A DNA stretch of 64,000 bases from positions 25,172,001 to 25,236,000 of the forward strand of contig OZ024764.1 of the NCBI GenBank assembly GCA_964016885.1. The letters run 5' to 3'. Made by a program: the position numbers and the translations under genes. Of this stretch, positions 57,128 through 64,000 are shown in pieces. The stretch is from Eledone cirrhosa (lineage: Eukaryota). The notes beneath the pieces are model-generated. The model saw only the letters and a program-made list of their open reading frames with translations, ran no database searches and was not told where the DNA came from. Positions within the stretch are counted from its first letter, which is position 1. Each line of letters begins with the position of its first letter.

Positions 57128-57303
57128 ATTTTATTTACTGGTTTCAGTCATTAGACTACGGCCATGTTGAGGGTACCACACTCTTTTATTTATTTACCGG
57201 TTTCAGTCATTAGACTACGGCCATGTTGGGGGTACCACACTCTTTTATTTATTTACTGGTTTCAGTCATTAGACTACGGCCATGTTGGAGGTACCACACT
57301 CTT
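57128..57303. repeat. 59-bp tandem repeat x3 (SINE-tail-like)
   Basis: gtttcagtcattagactacggccatgttg at 57141, 57200 and 57259. Confidence 0.85.
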
Positions 57304-57539
57304 ATGAGGAGGGTCTGGCCAGTTGGCCATGCCTACTCTGCTTGTAGTAGAACCGTTAAACTAGATGGTCTCATTAGGAGGTAGGTCTGGCCAGTTGGCC
57401 ACATTGTACCCTGATCATAGTGGGACCTGTGTTTTGGTTGGGATTTTTACAATTGCTGGATGCCTTTCCTAACACCAACCACATGAACATTGTGGGACTG
57501 GGTGGTCCCACTTATGAATCAAGTCTGGCAAGTAGTGAG

Positions 57540-57582
57540 CCTTGTTACTCTGGAGTTTCACCTGCAGGATCATCAGACAAGA
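57540..57582 (-). ncRNA. Minimal type I HHR
   Basis: cttgt CTGATGA tcctgcaggt GAAA ctc-ca-gag TA acaag. Confidence 0.78.
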
Positions 57583-57583
57583 G

Positions 57584-57634
57584 TCTTATCTGATGAGCCT
57601 GCAAGTGTGTAAGTGAAACTCCAGAGTAACAAGG
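57584..57634 (+). ncRNA. Type I HHR, inverted partner of 57540-57582
   Basis: cttat CTGATGA gcctgcaagtgtgtaagt GAAA ctc-ca-gag TA acaag; one stem I mismatch, imperfect stem II. Confidence 0.62.
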
Positions 57635-58259
57635 TTCACCACTTAGTCTTAATAAATGAATATTCAAGCTCTACTTCAGCATTGAGTACTTTTTCTTACA
57701 TTCATCAATAACACATGGATATATATATTTATTATTCTCCAAAATGGCTGACAGAATTCACATATTTTTAATCAAAACTTTCTCAAAACCTTTTCTCTGT
57801 TCCTTCCTCTTCTTACTCTCTATCTGTCTATTTCACCTCTTATTTCTCATTCTATCCTCTGATGGTTACTTTTTTACACACACACACACACATATATATA
57901 TATTTAGGGTACGTGTGTGTATCAGGGGCGAAGGGTGCATGCATGCATTATAGAATCTTGAGTTGATCAATTACGTCGGTTGAAGCAAGCAGAATTTTGG
58001 CTGCTTACTAAATCGTAGACACATAAAAAGATAACACACACTAGATAACACTACATGCGGCTTTGATCGGGAGGGTCATTTAGAGAGAATTAGGGGGGGG
58101 GGTAATGCTGCACAACCCCACTTTCCGCCATGGCGATTGGACTGCATGCCCTGCTTTACAGGTTACCCTTCGCCACTGATATATAGATGTATATATTTAT
58201 GTATCTGTCACTCTTTCCCAATATATATAATAATAGTTACACCTCTCTATATTGTTAGG

Positions 58260-61200
58260 TCACTCTTGAGTGCTACTGGTAACATGTAACCCAGTACAAC
58301 CTGTCACATGGTGAGGTCGTCGGCGACTAAACCGGCAACCCCACCAAGTTTACTTGGTGAGGAGGGTGATTTTTGACACCCTGCAGGACAAAAAACAAAA
58401 CCTGACAAAGGGCGGAAGAACTGATAAGAGTCAACGGCTATCCAAAAGTGTGTAAATATGTATATACACATGTACATATGTATGTGTATGTATATACGTG
58501 TGTATATTACTGAGGTGTCAGAGAGGGGCATGTACCTCTGTATGGAGGGGGGGGGCTAGCCATGCCGTTTTCAGGACAGCTCGTCCTGCATTGGGTCCCA
58601 CCTGACACTCAGCTCTCCCCTGTGGCCCCAAGAAACTGTAGCATGTGACAGCGGCCGCACCCCGGTAAACCACCTTGGTTGGCAGGCCGAACCAGGTTGA
58701 GGGTAGCCGGATGGGTCTGAAACCCCCGGTGAGTTAGATAGGGGATGCCTGCTCCTGCATGCGAAGACTGGACCCGGCAGAGTGAGTGGAGGAGGACAAC
58801 ATCGTCCCAACGGTGACGAAGGTGGCGACAGCAAGCGGTGTGGAGCGCTAGGGCACGGCAAGGCACTACAGACGTCGTGGCCATCCACTGCAGCCAAGGC
58901 AGTCCCTGGTCCTCCGTACCACCGGATTCTGGCTTCTGAGGCCGAGTGAGTGGGACTGTCACTGTCCACTGGCCATCCCACTATAAACCTTTCCCGCACA
59001 GGTTTCTTCTTTAGTGTGCACTCCCAAAGCCCTGCACCGATGGGCGAGAGGCGGAGGTAACAGGTGGAGGTAACCTCTGGGAGTTGCCAGTCTCAAACCC
59101 ACATGTGGGCGGCCTGGATGTGCAAGTCGTTCTCCTCCTGACCCTGGGATGACAGAGGAGATCAGACATTCCACCGGGCAACTGAGCAGCCCTTTTCAGG
59201 GGAGCACTGCTCACCCTCGCACGAGGGAGGGGTGATAACAGGAGCCCCTAACCAAATGCTCGTCCCACACAAAGCCGGCCAGTCTACCGCGGCTGGCGGT
59301 TTTAAACTTCTAAGCGGTCGAAATCAACATAATAGAAAGAACTTGATTCTTCGCGCATGGAATGTGCGCACCCTCATGGATAGGGAAACCTCCTTGAGAC
59401 CAGAGAGAAGAACTGCCCTTATAGCGAGGGAATTAGCTTGCTACCGGATGGACATAGCTACCCTCAGCGAGACTAGACTTGCCGAAGAAGGATCAGTAGC
59501 AGAACCGAAAGGAGGCTACACCTTCTTCTGGAAGGGCAATGCAAAGGACGAGGACAAGCCTGGCCATCAGGACTTCGATCTTCAAGCAGCTATCAGACCT
59601 CCCAACATCTGTGAGTGAGCAGCTGATGAAGCTCCGCTTCCCCCTCGACCCATCTCGGCATGTCACAGACATCAGCACTCTCACCAGCAGCTATGAAGCA
59701 AAGGACGCTTTCTACGGGGAACCCAACGCACTCGTGAAGGGCGTCCCCCCCAAGCGATAAGCTCATCCTACTGGGGGACTTCAATGCAGGAGTCGGGTCT
59801 GAGAGCAGCAACTGGATAGGCGTGCTGGGACCCCACGGCACAGGGAAGCTGAACTCTAACGGCCTCGTACTGTTGAGTTTCTACGCTGAGAACGACTTCA
59901 CCATCACCAGCACACTGTTCCGCCAGGCAGACAAGTTCAAGACGACATGGATGCACCCCAGATCCAAACAGTGGCATCTGATTGACTTTACCATATGCTA
60001 CAGGAGGGACATCAGTGACATCAGAATCACCAGGGCCATGCGTGGTGCAGAGTGTTGGACCGACCATCGCCTTGTCAGGACCATCCTGTCACTGCACATC
60101 ACCCAGACACATCGCAAGACTCCGAAAGTCTGTAGGCCAGCTTTCCACGTCGCACGAATCAAGCAGCCAGAGCATCGTGATGTGTTCGCGGAAGACCTGG
60201 ACGGCCGGCTGACTGCACCTGGACCACTGACCGGACCCCCAACTCAACAGTGGGGCCAGTTCAGGTCGCTGGTGACAGAGTCAACCAAGGTAAGGCCAAG
60301 GAAGAGAGTCCACCAGGACTGGTTTGATGAAAACAATGAGCGCATCAGACAACTCCTGGACGAGAAGGGAGGGCTTTCATTGAGTGGCAGAATGACAGCT
60401 CCAGAGGCAGACCCAAGCAGCGCTACGCAGAATGTAGGACAAGTGGTGGGAAAAGAAGGCCGAAGAAGTCGAGAGATATGCTGACACAAAGAACTCCAAG
60501 ATGCATCATCGGGGACGTCTATGGACCCCCCAAGCCTGTTACCACACTGCTGCTGACTGCTAACGGCTCGATCCTGCTGAAGGAGAAGAGCAGCATCAAC
60601 TCGAGGTGGAGAGAATACTTCAGCAACCTGCTCAACAGGTCCTCCACTGTCGACCCTGCTGCCCTCGACCAGGTCCCACAGAAGCTTGTAGTTGGCAGCC
60701 TCAACCCCCCCCCCCCACGTTGGATGAATTCACGAAGGCAATCAACCAAACCAGCTCAGGAAAGGCCCCTGGGAAGGACAGGATTCCTGCTGAGGTCTTC
60801 AAGTCAGCCGGTCCAGCTGCCCTGGAGGTCTTCCACACCTTCCTCATCAGCGTATGGGAGGAAGAAGAGGTGCCCAAAGACTTCAGAGATACCACAGTTG
60901 TCTCGCTTTTTAAGAACAAAGGCAGCAAAACTGACTGTGGCAACTATCGGGGCATCTCTCTGTCCATCGCTGGGAAGGTCCTGGCTCGGATCATGCTCAA
61001 CCGCCTCATCGCAAACATCTCGGAGGACAACATGCCTGAGGGTCAGTGTGGGTTCCGCCCAAACTGCAGCACAATCGACATGATCTTCTCTGTACGCCAG
61101 GTGCAGGAGAAGTGTGTCGAGCAGAAGATGGACCTCTTTGCCGTCTTCATAGACTTGACAAAGGCCTTCGACACTGTCTACAGGGAGGCCCTCTGGTCAA

Positions 61201-61995
61201 TCCTGTTGAAGTTTGGATACCCGACAAAGTTTGTGAACCTGATACCGCAATTCCATGATGACATGACCGGGCAGGTGCGATCGGTCGGAGAGGCATCGGA
61301 GCTGTTCAGAATCACCAACGGCGTCAAGCAAGGATGTGTGCTGGCTCCCGTTCTCTTCAACCTGTTCTTCACTTGCGTGCTCAATCATGCCGTCAGGGAC
61401 CTTGAGCATGGAGTGTATCTGCAATACAGACTGCACGGTTCCCTATTTGACCTGCAGTGCATGACGGCCAAGACAAGGACCTAGCAGAGGATCGTCCTGG
61501 AGGCACTCTTTGCTGACGACTGTGCCCTCATGGCCCACAGGGAGTGTGACCTCCAACTCATCGTCAACAAGTTCGCGGAGGCCTCCTGTCTCTTCAGACA
61601 CACAATTAGCCTTGGCAAGACTGAGGTCCTGTTCCAGCCTGCACCTGCCTCTGTTGCCCACTCTCCTTCCATCTCCATTGGAGGCACCCAGCTAAAGACG
61701 GTGGACAACTTCAAGTACCTTGGCAGTGTCATCAGCAGTAATGGAAGCCTCGACAAGGAGATAAATGCCAGGATCTGCAGGGCCAGTCAAGCCCTTGGCC
61801 ACCTGAGGACACGGGTCTTGAACCAGCACAACATCAGGCAGTCCACCAAGCTCAAGGTGTATAGGGCCGTTGTTCTCACCAGCCTCCTCTACGGATGTGA
61901 GAGATGGACCCTGTACAGAAGGCACCTGAAGCAGCTGGAATGGTTCCACATGCGCAGCCTGTGGTCAATCATGAACATCAAATGGCAGAACAAGG
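58260..61995 (+). mobile_element. Degenerate RTE/BovB-like LINE with 5'UTR, 3' end missing
   Basis: AWNVRTL, LSETRL, KTTWMHPRSK, CWTDH, FIDLTKAFD, GVKQGCVLAP, LFADD, FKYLGS, LLYGCE; many frameshifts; GC-rich relative to flanks. Confidence 0.88.
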
Positions 61996-62695
61996 CACCT
62001 TCAGTAGGCACCTTCTAACCAAATATACACCCCAACCCACTACCCTACTCCATCCTCCCACTCCCACCAACACCACCCTCTCTCTGTAAAGTTATGTTGG
62101 TACCACAACATCCAGTCCAATCTAAAGAGGTCGTGTAGGTGTCACGATAAAAAGCACCCAGTCCACACTGTAAAGTGGTCATGTAGGAGACACAGTAAAA
62201 AGGCTCCTAGTGCACACTGTATATGTGGTTGGTGTTAGGAAGGGCATCCAGCAGTAGAAAACCTGCCAGATACAGTCCTATACTAGTGAGACATGGTCAC
62301 CTGATCAATCTTGCCTCAAGTGAGACAATTCCCGTCTAATCCATGCTAGCATGGAAGATAGACGTTAAATGATGATGATGATGATGATGATAAATCAAAG
62401 TTGTATCCTTTGTGGAGCTGATACCAATCGAATTGTTTGTGGCAATCACAAAACACTCAATGGTGCAAAAAGATAATATATTTTCATCCAGAGTAAACAC
62501 AAAAGTGTGACACCAAGAATAAAACAAGCAAATGAATGTGGCCATAGTTTCTAGCACAACAACAGTAAATACAAACAGGTAAGAGACATATATAGTGTGT
62601 GTTTTGTATACATGTGTGTATGTGTGTACACTTCACTTTTCAGTTTGTTGTCAGTTTGTTGTCCATTTGTATTTTTATCAAATATTTTTGTTCAG

Positions 62696-62776
62696 GAACT
62701 GGGAAATAATAATATCAATATAGGTGCGCCTCAACCAAACCTTATCAAAGCAGGCTTAATTAATGGATATAAAAAT
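62696..62776 (+). CDS. M13 peptidase-like gene, exon 10 (last in window)
   Basis: gttcag|...|gtaagc; ELGNNNINIGAPQPNLIKAGLINGYKN, similar to IGYP...LNNEY at the end of the M13 N-domain. Confidence 0.8.
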
Positions 62777-63054
62777 GTAAGCTCACTTTTAACTTATCTT
62801 TCTAGAAATATTTTCTCATGTTTACATTTAAATTGCTATGTGTATCTGGTTTAGAGTAGACATACTGTATCCTAGTGTCTTGTAAGAGGTAACTAAAAGG
62901 AATGGCATTCAGTCAAAAAATATTGCCCAAAAGGAGACCCTGTGCTGTGTATGAAGTATATCATTAGGCCCACAAGGTTAACTCCCTGCTTTCGTATAGT
63001 AATAAGGGGATTAAAACAGTTGGAGCTGCATATGTATGCATGTATGTATGTAGT

Positions 63055-64000
63055 ATTTTAGTTTTAGGTTCTTCTGCGCCGTTCGGCACATCGAGCAGTA
63101 AGTAGTCAACACTGGTCACGATAAGCAGTGTCTTTTTCGTGTCCGTGCCAATTGATGTTGGCTGCCATCTGGTCTTTTTGGAACGTTCGCCGCTAGGTCA
63201 TCCTGGGGCAACCCCACCTCCATTTGCTGCCAGGTGGAGTCCAGTTCAACGCTGTTTTCGAGTGTTGTTCGTCGGGCAGGCACAGAATATGGCCAGCCAG
63301 GCGGCACTGGCATTCCGTGACCATCCTCTGTAGCCTCCATGGCTCAGCTCTCAGCAGGATCTTCTCGTATTGCACTCGGTCGCGCCAGGACAAATGAAGG
63401 ATCATGCTGTGCTCTTCCAGGTTTCACTTGCAGCACTGTTGGCAGCACGATCCTCTTGTACAGGCACAGCTTGATCCTGGTGCTGATGCATGAAGATGAC
63501 CAGACTGGGCGCATCTGCTGGAAAACTGCGGCTCCTTTACCAATCCAACAGTTGATATCAAGCTCCGCATCGCTATTGCTTGCCAGGATGCTGTCCAGAT
63601 AGGTGAAGTGATCAACTTGTTACAGGTCTTGTTGGTTTATTCTCATTGCTGGACCTGTGTTGTTCACTGTTCTTATCAGATTGGTCCTTTTGGTGTTGAT
63701 TCTCAGGCCGATCTTTTGCGCGCCCTCTTACAGATCTGCAGGGTCTTCAGCGATCAAAGCGATATCGTCAGCAAATACCAGGTCCCTCAGCCTCGACTGG
63801 CCCCTCCATGAGATTCCTCGACCGGGTCCTTCATCTGTTCGCCTTAGAATGAAATCGGCTGTCAACAGGAACAACAGCGGAGAGAGAATGCAACCCTGTC
63901 TGATTCTGGAGACAATGTGAAAGAACTCCGTCACACTGGACTCAGCTTGTACGCAGCAGCTAGAGTCTGCATACAAGGCCTTGGAAATGGCAATGTATCT
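63055..64000 (-). mobile_element. 3' part of another degenerate RTE-like LINE, runs off the window
   Basis: RQGCILSPLLF, DLVFADDIAL, RLAGHIL, ALNWTPPG. Confidence 0.8.

Overview
Eukaryotic, AT- and microsatellite-rich DNA, most likely from an octopod cephalopod (inferred from the SINE and RTE families, not verified). One host gene spans the window on the + strand: ten short GT-AG exons (5937-62776, 1088 nt, phases all compatible) encode the N-terminal domain of a divergent M13 metallopeptidase (neprilysin/ECE-like). Its 5' exons and catalytic exons lie outside what I can identify. The introns hold a near full-length Tx1/L1-clade LINE, RTE-clade LINEs, CRE- and R4/Dong-like elements, Penelope-like (PLE) fragments, tRNA-derived SINEs, a mariner-type MITE and a non-autonomous Helitron. 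Two things stand out. (1) There are 17 manually folded minimal type I hammerhead ribozyme (HHR) motifs from several families on both strands, arranged in retrozyme-like tandem units and fold-back palindromes, including U3:A8 core covariants. (2) A 220-bp TTAA MITE has an internal 72-bp segment that has expanded into satellite arrays, one of which is split by the Tx1-type LINE, echoing the Xenopus Tx1D/Tx1L composite. All structures were read by eye; no database searches or folding programs were run.
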